This document shows positions 9,512 to 19,539 of a stretch of 57,279 nt of DNA, one piece after another (positions within the stretch are counted from its first letter, which is position 1; each line of letters starts with the position of its first letter). The stretch spans positions 1-57,279 of the IMG/VR virus record IMGVR_UViG_3300009154_000068; one strand, given 5' to 3'. The notes under the pieces are model-generated. The model was not told the DNA's origin and searched no databases. It worked only from the letters and a program-made list of their open reading frames with translations. The DNA comes from a virus (lineage: Duplodnaviria > Caudoviricetes). The translations under genes and the position numbers were made by a program.

Positions 9512-11329
9512 ATGCGAATAAATGACATTATCAAACCTTTGCTAACTGAAGCAAAAAACATGAGTGTGAGTGAATGGATGAATTCCTCGTCAGTTCCTCA
9601 GTTTATATCTCGTATGTTGGCAGGCGGCGCCAAAAATCTCAAGGAACCAGTTACAACTGTACTTACATTTAGGATTGGGACTGTTGAATACGAAGGACAA
9701 ATTGAAATAAACGGCCCAACTGATCCCAATTATCGTGCTGCTAAAAGATTGCAGTCTGCTGTTACTAACAAAGATAAAAATATATTAAACAATGTTGATT
9801 TTACTGTTAGGATGCTTGATGATAACGGCAATCTGACTAAGAACGTTGAAAAAATAAATGTAACTAAGATTGTCAAAGATGAATTGTTTAGTGGAAAATT
9901 GCGCGTCAATAAGGGAAACATTGCGGAAATCGTTTTAGGTTGTGCAGTGACTGCCAAATATGAAAATCCACTTGAACATATTGATGCCAGTCATGTAATT
10001 GATGTTGCTAGACGTGTAATAAAAGGCAATGGCACTGCTAGCGGGCGGGCCGGAAAAGATGCATTATCATTCACTGTTTCGGTTCCTGATGCTGATAAAA
10101 AAGGGTTCGCATCATTTATAGGAATGGATCCAGATGGAAAAACTCCTGAAGATTATGGCATGGGCAAGGATTTATTAAAAGCAATCACCGCTCATATTGA
10201 TAATGCTGTTAGATATGTTAACACTTCGCCGAGGGTTTCGGCAGCAATTGAAAAAGCCAGTAAAGATCCTAGAAAAAATGAAATTGAAATAAAAAGTGAT
10301 GGCGGAAATGCTGAAGAACAAAAAACCACTAAAGCAGATTTAAAGATTTTAATTGACGGTTCTAGCATAAACTTATTGAGCATTAAAGCGGGTGATGTTG
10401 GTCAATTTGGTCAAGTTAGTGGATATCAATTTGAAAGATTAAACGATTTCTTTTTGTCATCAGTAAACATACCATTGAGCAATGGGGTTAAAGAAAAGTT
10501 TGTAGCAATGGATGAAAAACTATCTAGTAAAGAAGAAATGGATGCTAATAGAGAACTTGTTCGAACAACCAATTATAAAACAGGGTTTAAAATAGCTTAC
10601 GATGAAATCTTTAATCAACTAAATCGACTTACAGGTAGTATAGATGGACAGGCAGATTTGATAAAACGTGTTTATAAAGGTCTGCTATACCACGCTACAC
10701 GCAATGACTCCAATGTTGAAATGATTATTTTAAGCCCCAATGCTAAAAAAGCATTTCATGAATTGACATTTGGTCCGGAATTAGAAAAAGCATTGGATGA
10801 TTACCAACTTACAGTTCGTCGTGGCACTACTTCTGCTATGTATGAGATATATATTTACGGTTACCCAAAAACTTCAGAAGTTAAAAAAGAACAGGGTACT
10901 AGTAAAGAGCTATTAATCAAATTGCGTTCTTATGCCCAGAAAAAAGCTGTACGTAATATAATCGAGATGGGAGATTTGCTCAAAGATATTGCAGACTGGG
11001 AAAAAATTGAAGAACGTAAGGCTAAAAAAGCTGCTGGAGCACCAAAAGCCGATGATCATTTGAAGAATGCTCGACCCCAAGTGCCACCCGCGAGCCCATC
11101 TACTAAAACACATCAACCATCTGCACAAACAACCAATTTACAAGGTACTGAATTTAGTTCACAACCTCTTCAGAAACCAATGGTTCCAAAATTTGGGACA
11201 ATGAACAAAACCGATCAAGAAAAAGAATATTTTGCTGAAACTAGTAAAAGTACTGATCAGACTGATGCTCCTGCCAACAGTAGAAAATCTAGAGATATTG
11301 AACCAAAATCTCCAAGACAAAAACGTTAA
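9512..11329 (+). CDS. Late protein with possible PD-(D/E)xK-like nuclease core
   Basis: N-terminus MRINDIIKPLLTEA; GNIAE...KADL...LSIK motif order; disordered C-terminal tail. Confidence 0.5.
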   Translation: MRINDIIKPLLTEAKNMSVSEWMNSSSVPQFISRMLAGGAKNLKEPVTTVLTFRIGTVEYEGQIEINGPTDPNYRAAKRLQSAVTNKDKNILNNVDFTVRMLDDNGNLTKNVEKINVTKIVKDELFSGKLRVNKGNIAEIVLGCAVTAKYENPLEHIDASHVIDVARRVIKGNGTASGRAGKDALSFTVSVPDADKKGFASFIGMDPDGKTPEDYGMGKDLLKAITAHIDNAVRYVNTSPRVSAAIEKASKDPRKNEIEIKSDGGNAEEQKTTKADLKILIDGSSINLLSIKAGDVGQFGQVSGYQFERLNDFFLSSVNIPLSNGVKEKFVAMDEKLSSKEEMDANRELVRTTNYKTGFKIAYDEIFNQLNRLTGSIDGQADLIKRVYKGLLYHATRNDSNVEMIILSPNAKKAFHELTFGPELEKALDDYQLTVRRGTTSAMYEIYIYGYPKTSEVKKEQGTSKELLIKLRSYAQKKAVRNIIEMGDLLKDIADWEKIEERKAKKAAGAPKADDHLKNARPQVPPASPSTKTHQPSAQTTNLQGTEFSSQPLQKPMVPKFGTMNKTDQEKEYFAETSKSTDQTDAPANSRKSRDIEPKSPRQKR

Positions 11330-11355
11330 TTTTATTAAATTATTCTAAAAATCTC

Positions 11356-11385
11356 TTGACTTTTCCTTAATTTAGAGCTTATACT
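11356..11385 (+). promoter_or_regulatory. Sigma70-like promoter
   Basis: TTGACT-18-TATACT. Confidence 0.55.
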
Positions 11386-11419
11386 AGTTAAGTCAGTAAA
11401 TTAACATCAAGGAAATATT

Positions 11420-11569
11420 ATGTTTGAATCAATTGAAATTAAACGTGCGGCTAACGGCTTTATTGTCGTCTTAACTACCGAAGACGATTCTAAGGAATAT
11501 GTTTACGATACAAGTCGTAAAGCTCTGCGCTTCGTTAAAGAATATTTGGAAGCAAAAAATCCACAGTAA
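11420..11569 (+). CDS. 49 aa protein (not in ORF track)
   Basis: MFESIEIKRAANGFIVVLTTEDDSKEYVYDTSRKALRFVKEYLEAKNPQ; AAGGA SD. Confidence 0.7.
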   Translation: MFESIEIKRAANGFIVVLTTEDDSKEYVYDTSRKALRFVKEYLEAKNPQ

Positions 11570-11572
11570 GTA

Positions 11573-12301
11573 ATGTATATGTCAAAATATACATTCTTAA
11601 TTACCAGTGCGATTAATACAAAATTTGGTGTTTTTGATGCAGAAACTCGTCTAAATCAAACAGTTTCTACTATTCAAAGCATTAAACGACGTGTACCTGA
11701 TGCTGACTTATTTCTATTGGAAATGTCAGCAATCGCTTTAACTCAAGATCAATCTAATACTTTAGAACCATTGGTTAAAAGTATTGTAAATTTTAATTCA
11801 GATCCGTCAGTAGTTGGGCTTTATAATAGTACAGATAATTGGGATATAGTTAAAAACGTCACCGAGGTTATGTGCTTTGGTAAAGCTCTTAAAAATCTAC
11901 ATAGAAGCTTGAATCAATTTTCCAATACACAGCGAATTTTTAAAATCAGCGGAAGATATGGTCTGAATAATAATTTTGATATTGGCTATTATGACCAATA
12001 TAATATACAAAATCATATTGTGATTAGTAATCAAAAAAATAGTCAATTTGACTATAATTTGACATTGATATCACAACAATTTATGAGCAGATTGTGGAGT
12101 TGGCCGGTTAGCTTGATGGAAGAAATTATTACAGTATATGATAATAGTTTAGCTTACATGGGCGAAAGAATATCTGCTGGTGGATATGCCGATATTGAAC
12201 ATTGTTTATATAAATTTTTAGATAAAGAAAAAGTAATTCAAAAAGCACCATTGGGGATTTTTGGTAATATAGGCCCTAATGGTATGCCTGTTCAGGAATA
12301 A
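11573..12301 (+). CDS. Hypothetical, glycosyltransferase-like protein
   Basis: FLITSAI...RL.QT..TI.SI...RIFKISGRY...DIEH motif set; adjacent to a GT4 gene. Confidence 0.5.
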   Translation: MYMSKYTFLITSAINTKFGVFDAETRLNQTVSTIQSIKRRVPDADLFLLEMSAIALTQDQSNTLEPLVKSIVNFNSDPSVVGLYNSTDNWDIVKNVTEVMCFGKALKNLHRSLNQFSNTQRIFKISGRYGLNNNFDIGYYDQYNIQNHIVISNQKNSQFDYNLTLISQQFMSRLWSWPVSLMEEIITVYDNSLAYMGERISAGGYADIEHCLYKFLDKEKVIQKAPLGIFGNIGPNGMPVQE

Positions 12302-12359
12302 TTTAAATAGAAATTAGATATGATTCGTTTTCACTAATTCAATTAAGAAGTAAAATTAT

Positions 12360-13520
12360 ATGCATTTTAGATTTCATGTATTAGGTGTCCCACACACTAT
12401 TTCTAACAAAGATTATGTAGCCTGTGCTTTTACACAAAAAGTAGTAAAATTTTGTGCTATGATGAAGGCTCGAGGGCACACTATCATCCATTATGGTCAT
12501 GAACATAGTGATGTTGAATGTGATGAAAACGTTGGAGTAACCAATGATGCCATTTTAAATGAAGCATACGGTGATCACGATTGGCATGCCAATACATTCA
12601 AATATGATTTAAATGACGTTGCTTATAAATTTTTCTATGCCAATGCTATTAGAGAAATTGGTTTGCGTAAACAAAAAAATGATTTTCTATTGTGCTTTTG
12701 GGGTTGGGGACATAAAGCCATCGCCGATGCACATCCTGATATGTTGGTGGTAGAACCGGGTATTGGATATCCTGGTGGCGTATTTGCACCATATCGTGTG
12801 TTTGAAAGTCAAAGCATAATGGCTGCTTGGTTTAATATGACTGCGGTGTCTGGACCAGGACACTTTAGTTGGTATGACGCTGTTATCCCTAATTATTTTG
12901 ATCTCAACGATTTTGACTATAACGAAGATAAAGAAGATTATTTTTTATTCTTGGGTAGAATTGGTGAACATAAAGGTGTGCATGTAGCTATTCAAACAAC
13001 TGAAGCAATTGGGGCAAAGCTAAAAATTGCTGGTCAAGGTAGTTTGGCTAGTATGGGATTGTATACCACCCCATCACATGTTGAAATGGTGGGATATGCT
13101 GATGTCGAATTGCGCAGAAAGTTAATGAGTAAAGCAAAAGGTCAATTTGTGGCTACAATGTATGGTGAACCATTTGGTGGTGTTCAAATTGAGGCAATGT
13201 TGAGCGGCACTCCGGTGATTAGTACTGATTGGGCATGTTTTGGTGAACTCAACTTGCATGGTGTTACTGGATATCGTTGTAGGACTTTTGAACATTTTAC
13301 TTGGGCCGCTAAAAACATTGGTCGTATCAATCCCAAAAACTGTCGAGATTGGGCCGCCAAAAACTTTAACTTTGATAAAATTAGTCAAATGTATGAGGAA
13401 TTCTTCTACAGTATTACTAACATTTATGGAAAAAAGGGATGGTATGAACCCAATCCTGAACGCATGCAATTAGATTGGTTGCGTAGAGAATACCCAACTC
13501 ATCCCAATAGAGAAATTTAA
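12360..13520 (+). CDS. Glycosyltransferase family 4 (GT-B)
   Basis: FLFLGRIGEHKG and EPFGGVQIEAMLSGTPVI (E-x7-E motif). Confidence 0.92.
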   Translation: MHFRFHVLGVPHTISNKDYVACAFTQKVVKFCAMMKARGHTIIHYGHEHSDVECDENVGVTNDAILNEAYGDHDWHANTFKYDLNDVAYKFFYANAIREIGLRKQKNDFLLCFWGWGHKAIADAHPDMLVVEPGIGYPGGVFAPYRVFESQSIMAAWFNMTAVSGPGHFSWYDAVIPNYFDLNDFDYNEDKEDYFLFLGRIGEHKGVHVAIQTTEAIGAKLKIAGQGSLASMGLYTTPSHVEMVGYADVELRRKLMSKAKGQFVATMYGEPFGGVQIEAMLSGTPVISTDWACFGELNLHGVTGYRCRTFEHFTWAAKNIGRINPKNCRDWAAKNFNFDKISQMYEEFFYSITNIYGKKGWYEPNPERMQLDWLRREYPTHPNREI

Positions 13521-13521
13521 C

Positions 13522-13578
13522 TTGTTGTGATTTTACAACAAGAATTCTATTGACTTATTAATCAAATAGCGTTAAAAT
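13522..13578 (+). promoter_or_regulatory. Palindrome plus sigma70-like promoter
   Basis: TTGTTGT-N6-ACAACAA (13522-13541), then TTGACT-17-TAAAAT (13550-13578). Confidence 0.65.
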
Positions 13579-13608
13579 AGAAGCTAATTTACAGCACAGG
13601 AGACTGTT

Positions 13609-13809
13609 TTGGCTTCAAAAATCTTCAAAACTGACAGTAAATATGGCCCAAGAAAAGGCTTGGAAGGTCCGTTCACATATCCTAACGGTCAAACACTTTA
13701 TTATGATCCAAAAGAGGGAGAATATTACGACCCTTCAACGGATTTCTATGTGCCATCAGAAGATGTTGCATATTTACAACAACAAATTTTTGACCGTATT
13801 TCAGGTTAA
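13609..13809 (+). CDS. Small early protein
   Basis: TTG start after AGGAG; GLEGPF...LYYDPKEGEYYDPSTDFY. Confidence 0.75.
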   Translation: MASKIFKTDSKYGPRKGLEGPFTYPNGQTLYYDPKEGEYYDPSTDFYVPSEDVAYLQQQIFDRISG

Positions 13810-13869
13810 TTTTGGTTGCTCATAACCAATTTTGGTTGTATAATACATGTATTGTAACGCAAATAGGAG
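13808..13869 (+). promoter_or_regulatory. Early promoter/leader repeat copy 1
   Basis: TTGCTC-17-TATAAT-acatgtattgtaacgcaaataGGAG; near-identical to copies at 37561 and 38341. Confidence 0.8.
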
Positions 13870-13876
13870 TAACACA

Positions 13877-14911
13877 ATGTCAGCAACTTTTGTTCGTTTT
13901 ATCAAAGGTACTTATCGTAATCATAATGTTTCTGGCATGAGTTTTGAACTGGTGGATCAATATCGCAAAACTGCAAAAAACGGTTTTGTAACTGTTAAAA
14001 ATAACAATACTTTCCCTGGCTACCCTGATGACATTCGAATTAATGTTGATGGCGTGGCTGATTATGAATTTGTAACTGGAATTAATCAAGGAGTGAATAC
14101 TGTGCAAATGGAACAGACTACTGAGAAAACTGTTGAAACTGACGAACAGGCGATTGAGCGTATTCGTGAGCGTTTTGACATTTTGACAGAAATGACTAAA
14201 GCCGCTACTAACGGCGATATTAGAGCAATGATTGTTAGTGGCCCACCAGGCGTTGGTAAGAGTTTTGGCGTTGAACAAGAAATTGAAAAGGCTTGCTTGT
14301 TTGACCACATTGCAGGTAAACGTCTTCGTGCTGAAGTGGTTAAAGGTTCTGCAACCGCATTGGGTCTGTATTCAACATTGTACAAATATTCAGACCCCAA
14401 TTGCGTTCTAGTGTTTGATGACTGTGATTCAATCTTACTAGACGACGTTGCTTTGAATCTTTTGAAAGGCGCATTGGACTCAGGCAAGAAGCGTAAAATT
14501 TCTTGGTTGAGCGATAGCAATATGCTTCGTCGAGATGGTATTCCAGATAGTTTTGAATTTAAAGGTTCGGTGATCTTCATCACTAATTTGAAGTTCGACC
14601 AAATGAAGAGTCAAAAACTTCGTGACCACTTGGATGCTTTGCAAAGTCGTTGTCATTATTTGGATTTGACTTTGGACACTATGCGTGACAAAGTATTACG
14701 AATTAAACAAATTGCCAAAGATGGCGTATTGTTTGCTGATTATGATTTTGATCAAATTGTTCAAGATGAAATCATTGATTTCATGGGCACCAATCAAAAT
14801 CGTTTGCGTGAAATGAGTCTGCGTATGGCTTTGAAGATTGCAGACTTACGTAAGAGTTTCCCATTGAATTGGAAACGTATGACAGAAACAACCTGCATGA
14901 AGGCAGCATAA
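13877..14911 (+). CDS. AAA+ family ATPase
   Basis: SGPPGVGKS, VLVFDDCD, IFITN, SR; start moved to 13877 after GGAG. Confidence 0.85.
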   Translation: MSATFVRFIKGTYRNHNVSGMSFELVDQYRKTAKNGFVTVKNNNTFPGYPDDIRINVDGVADYEFVTGINQGVNTVQMEQTTEKTVETDEQAIERIRERFDILTEMTKAATNGDIRAMIVSGPPGVGKSFGVEQEIEKACLFDHIAGKRLRAEVVKGSATALGLYSTLYKYSDPNCVLVFDDCDSILLDDVALNLLKGALDSGKKRKISWLSDSNMLRRDGIPDSFEFKGSVIFITNLKFDQMKSQKLRDHLDALQSRCHYLDLTLDTMRDKVLRIKQIAKDGVLFADYDFDQIVQDEIIDFMGTNQNRLREMSLRMALKIADLRKSFPLNWKRMTETTCMKAA

Positions 14912-14986
14912 GATTTCCCCTGCGGTGTGCGTAACGGGCAATGTCAATAAGTCCCGTTTCGATAATTTTTTTTTTAGGAGTATGAA

Positions 14987-15199
14987 ATGGCAACAGCAAA
15001 AACAGTAACCAAACTCGGTGATAAATTAATTAAAGTAAATGAATCATTTACCATTAATATGTATGATAATGGATATATGATTGAAGTCAGTGGCAGGAAT
15101 AAAAAAGGTGATTATGTCACTGCAAAAATTCTGACACCTTCAGTTGACGAATTGGTCACGTTGGTTCGTGAAGCTTCTGAAATGGAACGGGATTCCTAA
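14987..15199 (+). CDS. Hypothetical protein
   Basis: AGGAG SD; 70 aa. Confidence 0.75.
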   Translation: MATAKTVTKLGDKLIKVNESFTINMYDNGYMIEVSGRNKKGDYVTAKILTPSVDELVTLVREASEMERDS

Positions 15200-15201
15200 T
15201 T

Positions 15202-15594
15202 ATGGCTGTTTATCGAGTAAGTACACTGGACAAAAAGAGTGTAGAAGAGCGAGAAATTTGGAACAAGGGCAGTGATGTCATTGTTCGCATCACTGGATTC
15301 CGTTGGGGCACAGTAAACCTCACCACCGAAGACGATGAGGAATTAGATATTGATGCCGATAATGCTGAAGGTGTTAATGTATATGACTGCGGCTATGACT
15401 GCGATCTAGATAGTTTGGATGATGGGTGGCTGAGTGATACTGAGTGGCCCAAAGATATGAGCCAAGAAGAGCGTGATCGTTTGGAACAGCTCTGGGAAGA
15501 AGATGACTATTCAGCATGGGAAAGCGAAGGTTGGAACAACAGCGAAACTGAGTGTTGGTTTCACAACAGTTTAGAAATTGAACGAGTGGAGTGA
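15202..15594 (+). CDS. Acidic Trp-rich hypothetical protein
   Basis: 130 aa ORF in operon. Confidence 0.7.
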   Translation: MAVYRVSTLDKKSVEEREIWNKGSDVIVRITGFRWGTVNLTTEDDEELDIDADNAEGVNVYDCGYDCDLDSLDDGWLSDTEWPKDMSQEERDRLEQLWEEDDYSAWESEGWNNSETECWFHNSLEIERVE

Positions 15595-15974
15595 TTATGT
15601 CAGGCTATAATTTGGTTCGTGAAATTCATCAACTAGAAGAAAAAGTAGAAGCTTTAGGTTTCATGCTTTGCTCTCCAAAACTTCATACCTCATCGTATTC
15701 AGATGACCTGGTAGCATTAAAACCTCGTGATGAATCAAATGTGCCAGTTTATGCCCGAGACGCCGAAGTGTTTGTTGGAACCTTGACCCAACTGCGGCAG
15801 TGGTTACTGGGTGTGACCTGGGCCAGAGACTATGATCGAATGTTGAATGTTAGCAATGACCAAAAACGTGCTCAAGGTGAGGATCGGTATCGAGCAAGTG
15901 TGGAGAAACAACGCATTGAACAGGAAAAGAAGCAGATGTGGAAAATTCTCAAAGAAGAAAAATCTGTAACCTAA
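15591..15974 (+). CDS. Hypothetical protein
   Basis: GTGA overlap; 127 aa. Confidence 0.7.
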   Translation: MIMSGYNLVREIHQLEEKVEALGFMLCSPKLHTSSYSDDLVALKPRDESNVPVYARDAEVFVGTLTQLRQWLLGVTWARDYDRMLNVSNDQKRAQGEDRYRASVEKQRIEQEKKQMWKILKEEKSVT

Positions 15975-16010
15975 TAACATAGTATAAGTATTTTATTACT
16001 TGTCAATTTT

Positions 16011-16040
16011 TAACCTGTCTTTTATGGCAGGTTATTTTTT
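16011..16040 (+). terminator. Intrinsic terminator
   Basis: TAACCTGTC-loop-GGCAGGTTA followed by TTTTTT. Confidence 0.75.
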
Positions 16041-16074
16041 GACTTTTGTGTAGATTAAATGTTACAATAGTCTT

Positions 16075-17262
16075 ATGCAACTAACATCTTTCAAACATAT
16101 AGAAGATTATTTAGAAATCTTGGGCGGCCAAAGAGATTGTTCGGGTGTTGTGGTTAACAATTTTTTCTTTTCAAAATCTTCAGATGTTAGGTTGGCCAGA
16201 TATGATATGTCTGTAGTAGATAATCTATCTCAGCAAACTATACAAGGTCAAGCCCTAACAGATAGGCAAGCGCAATTAGTTCATAAAATTGTCTGTAAAT
16301 ATAAAAGGCAATTTTCAAGTCTTGGTGTAGAAATTGGGTTACATTCAACAGAACCAAAGTTTAGATATCAACCAAAGATTATAGAGAGGCAACAAAAGAT
16401 ATCAGTTGTTGACGGCGAAATAATTCTAACATTTCCTTATAATAAAGGTCTAATAGACAAGTTAGCAGAACATAGAAATATCAGTCACGGTTTTGTCAAA
16501 TTTGATAGAGATGCCAAATCTTGGCATATGGCATTAACTGAATATAATGTTAGTTGGGCAAGGGCTTTTGCTGAACAGAATGAATTTGACGCTGATTTAG
16601 AATTTTTAAAATATTGGCAATTGTTGGAAGGGTGTGAGAAAACACCATTTGCAATAGAGTTAAGAGATAATGGAACTGATTTGGTTATTGATAATGCAGA
16701 ATCATCTTTGATTGATTATATCAATAACAATTTAGGTGGGTTTTCTAAAGAAAATATATTGAGGTTGGTGGACAATTCCAGTTTGTTGGGATTTACTGTT
16801 AGTAAAGATATTAAAGATTTGATATCAACAATATATGGAATTCAAGTTGCCAATTTATCCACTTCCAGACATATACATGCCACAAGATCTAGTGAAAATT
16901 ATGACGGCGAGGATCTAATAGATTGTTTGGTTAGATATGCAACATTAAATAATAGGTGGCCTATATATGTTTATGATCCCATCGTTGATGATAATCTTAA
17001 AGAAAATGTCCTTAAGCAATTTGACAAAGATCAAATATTAGATCTTGTAAATAAAAAATCAACTAAGATAGACTTAACAAACATCAAATGTGTTTATTTG
17101 AACAAACTTAAAAGATCCTGGCCAAAAACAATTCTTTTAATGGTCAGTACCAATGCAATGATTCATGGTTTGGAAAAACAACATATGATGATGATGTCAG
17201 AAAAAATAGTGTACTTTACACAAACAGTTTACGATAATGGGATGACAAAAATTGCAGGCTAA
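16075..17262 (+). CDS. Helicase-associated protein with HARP-like segment
   Basis: LTFPYNKGLI...KFDRDAKSWHM; overlaps the helicase gene; TTGACT-18-TACAAT upstream. Confidence 0.55.
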   Translation: MQLTSFKHIEDYLEILGGQRDCSGVVVNNFFFSKSSDVRLARYDMSVVDNLSQQTIQGQALTDRQAQLVHKIVCKYKRQFSSLGVEIGLHSTEPKFRYQPKIIERQQKISVVDGEIILTFPYNKGLIDKLAEHRNISHGFVKFDRDAKSWHMALTEYNVSWARAFAEQNEFDADLEFLKYWQLLEGCEKTPFAIELRDNGTDLVIDNAESSLIDYINNNLGGFSKENILRLVDNSSLLGFTVSKDIKDLISTIYGIQVANLSTSRHIHATRSSENYDGEDLIDCLVRYATLNNRWPIYVYDPIVDDNLKENVLKQFDKDQILDLVNKKSTKIDLTNIKCVYLNKLKRSWPKTILLMVSTNAMIHGLEKQHMMMMSEKIVYFTQTVYDNGMTKIAG

Positions 17263-18736
17263 ATTAGTAATTCGAGATGAGATCAATGTAAAACTAGAAG
17301 GTGTCGACGCATCTACTAGAAAAAAGATTGCTGATCGTTTCAAGTTTGATGTGCCGGGTGCCAGATATCTTCCAGCAGTTAGACTGGGTAGATGGGATGG
17401 AAAAGTCAGCTTGGCTCAGCTTGGTGGCAGTACCTATGTTAATTTATTACCTGACATTATTCCCATATTAGAATCTGCTGGTTATGATATTGATCTCGAT
17501 GATCTTAGAGACTATAGAACTTTTTATGAGTTTGAAGAAATAACTGAAGAACTATTTGCTGATCGTGTTTGGCCTGAAGGGCACCCTGCAGCCGGTAAAC
17601 CCATTATGATGCGAGATTATCAAGTTGAGGCTATTAATGGATTTTTGAAAAATACTCAATGTATGCGAATACTTCCTACTGGGGCCGGTAAAACTATTCT
17701 CACAGCGGCATTGAGCTATTGCACTGAAATCTATGGAAGAAGTGTGATCATTGTTCCAAATAAAAGTTTGGTTGGGCAAACAGAAGCAGACTATGTTAAT
17801 CTAGGATTGGATGTTGGTGTTTATTATGGTGATAGAAAAGATATTGGAAAAAAGCACACAATCTGTACTTGGCAAAGTCTGAACAACTTATTAAAAAATA
17901 CAAAGAATGGTACAGATGATATCACCATTGGGGAATTCCTTGAGGATGTTGTTTGTGTAATGGTTGATGAAGCTCACACATGCAAATCTGAAGTATTGCG
18001 CACATTGCTTTCTGGACCATTTTGTCGTATCCCAATTCGTTGGGCATTCACTGGCACTTTGCCAAAAGAGGAATATGCTAGAGCCGTGTTAAGGTCTATG
18101 TTGGGTGAAGTTGATGGTCAATTACAAGCTAGCGATTTGCAAGAACAGGGAGTATTGTCAAATTGTCATATCAACATTGTGCAATTGGTTGATAATGTTG
18201 TATATAAAGATTATCAAAGCGAGTTGAAATACTTAACTGAGACTCCTGAAAGGTTGGCATTTATTGCCAAGCTGCTTGATCGTATTAAAGAAGATGGCAA
18301 TACATTAATATTAGTAGATCGTATTGCTACTGGAAAATTGCTTCAAGCTGAGTTAAGTACTTTGTTTAGCTTATTAAGTGACAAACCCGATGTTAGTTTA
18401 GTTACAGGATCTACTAAGGCCAAAGAGCGTAAAGCCGAATATGATGAGGTTGCTACCAGTACCAATAAGATTTTGATTTGTACATATGGTGTGGCTGCTG
18501 TAGGTATTAATATTGTTTTATTAAATAATGTAGTTTTATTTGAGCCAGGTAAGAGTTTTGTGCGTGTGATACAAAGTATTGGTCGTGGCTTGCGTAAAGG
18601 GTTTGGTAAAGATTTTGTCAACATTTATGATATTACCAGTACCTGCAAATTTTCCAAAAGGCATCTAACTCAGCGCAAGGCCTATTACACAGAATCAAAT
18701 TATCAATTTAGTTTGGAAAAGATAACATGGCAGTAG
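17252..18736 (+). CDS. uvsW: SF2 helicase (UvsW-like)
   Basis: RDYQ, PTGAGKT, DEAH, TGT, QSIGRGLR; N-terminal WDGK. Confidence 0.92.
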   Translation: MQAKLVIRDEINVKLEGVDASTRKKIADRFKFDVPGARYLPAVRLGRWDGKVSLAQLGGSTYVNLLPDIIPILESAGYDIDLDDLRDYRTFYEFEEITEELFADRVWPEGHPAAGKPIMMRDYQVEAINGFLKNTQCMRILPTGAGKTILTAALSYCTEIYGRSVIIVPNKSLVGQTEADYVNLGLDVGVYYGDRKDIGKKHTICTWQSLNNLLKNTKNGTDDITIGEFLEDVVCVMVDEAHTCKSEVLRTLLSGPFCRIPIRWAFTGTLPKEEYARAVLRSMLGEVDGQLQASDLQEQGVLSNCHINIVQLVDNVVYKDYQSELKYLTETPERLAFIAKLLDRIKEDGNTLILVDRIATGKLLQAELSTLFSLLSDKPDVSLVTGSTKAKERKAEYDEVATSTNKILICTYGVAAVGINIVLLNNVVLFEPGKSFVRVIQSIGRGLRKGFGKDFVNIYDITSTCKFSKRHLTQRKAYYTESNYQFSLEKITWQ

Positions 18737-18795
18737 TTAAGTCTTGACTTTATAGTAGACAATGCTGTATCATATACAATAACTGGAGAAATAAA

Positions 18796-19302
18796 ATTAG
18801 AATACTTACACTTGATAACAATATGTCCTATGAAATGACGGACATTCCTGACGAAGTTGACGACATGCAATTCTGTGTGTTAGATAATAGCAACTCAAAA
18901 GATCCTGATTATTTTTACATTCCTTTAATCTTTTTGGAAAGCTTCAATAGCCCAGCATTAGTTTTAAAAATTGGCGAACATGTGATCAAAATGCCAGTAG
19001 ATTGGCAAATATTAATCGGTGAAAAAGATTCTGGTGATTTGGAAGTAGTTCCTTTGACCAGTATCAATGATCGTGGATTTAGTGCATTTTGTTTCAATCC
19101 TCGCAGTAGTTTTAGACCTGAATTTCATCCAATTGAGATTGAGGATGTTTATCAAGATGTTAAATGGTATTTTCCAAAATTAAAACCTGGTCAATTGTTG
19201 GCTATTCCATTAGAGGCAGGGGTTTCTGGAAGTCTTTGTGTATATTGTGTTAAAGAGATTTCAAGACAAAGTGAAGTGGTAGATTTTTCTAAATGTTGGT
19301 GA
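18796..19302 (+). CDS. Hypothetical protein, possible ATT start
   Basis: Track start is 18823; GGAG at 18785-18788 lies 7 nt before an in-frame ATT at 18796. Confidence 0.65.
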   Translation: MRILTLDNNMSYEMTDIPDEVDDMQFCVLDNSNSKDPDYFYIPLIFLESFNSPALVLKIGEHVIKMPVDWQILIGEKDSGDLEVVPLTSINDRGFSAFCFNPRSSFRPEFHPIEIEDVYQDVKWYFPKLKPGQLLAIPLEAGVSGSLCVYCVKEISRQSEVVDFSKCW

Positions 19303-19305
19303 TAT

Positions 19306-19539
19306 ATGCCTAAAATATATGAAAGTCCAGATGATGGCGAAACAGTTTTCATTCGTGAGTTTGGTGCTGTTGCTAGGGAAATATACACCGAGTCTGAATC
19401 AAAAACTCAACTACTTGAGTCTTTAAAAGAGGATCAACTATGGGGCGAGATTCGACGTGCTGCCGAAACCAATCCCACTTTACAAGATGCAATGGATGCT
19501 GTTAAAATTATATATCAATTGATTAAAAAAAATGAGTGA
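19306..19539 (+). CDS. Hypothetical protein
   Basis: IYESPDDGETVF.R motif; in operon. Confidence 0.7.
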   Translation: MPKIYESPDDGETVFIREFGAVAREIYTESESKTQLLESLKEDQLWGEIRRAAETNPTLQDAMDAVKIIYQLIKKNE

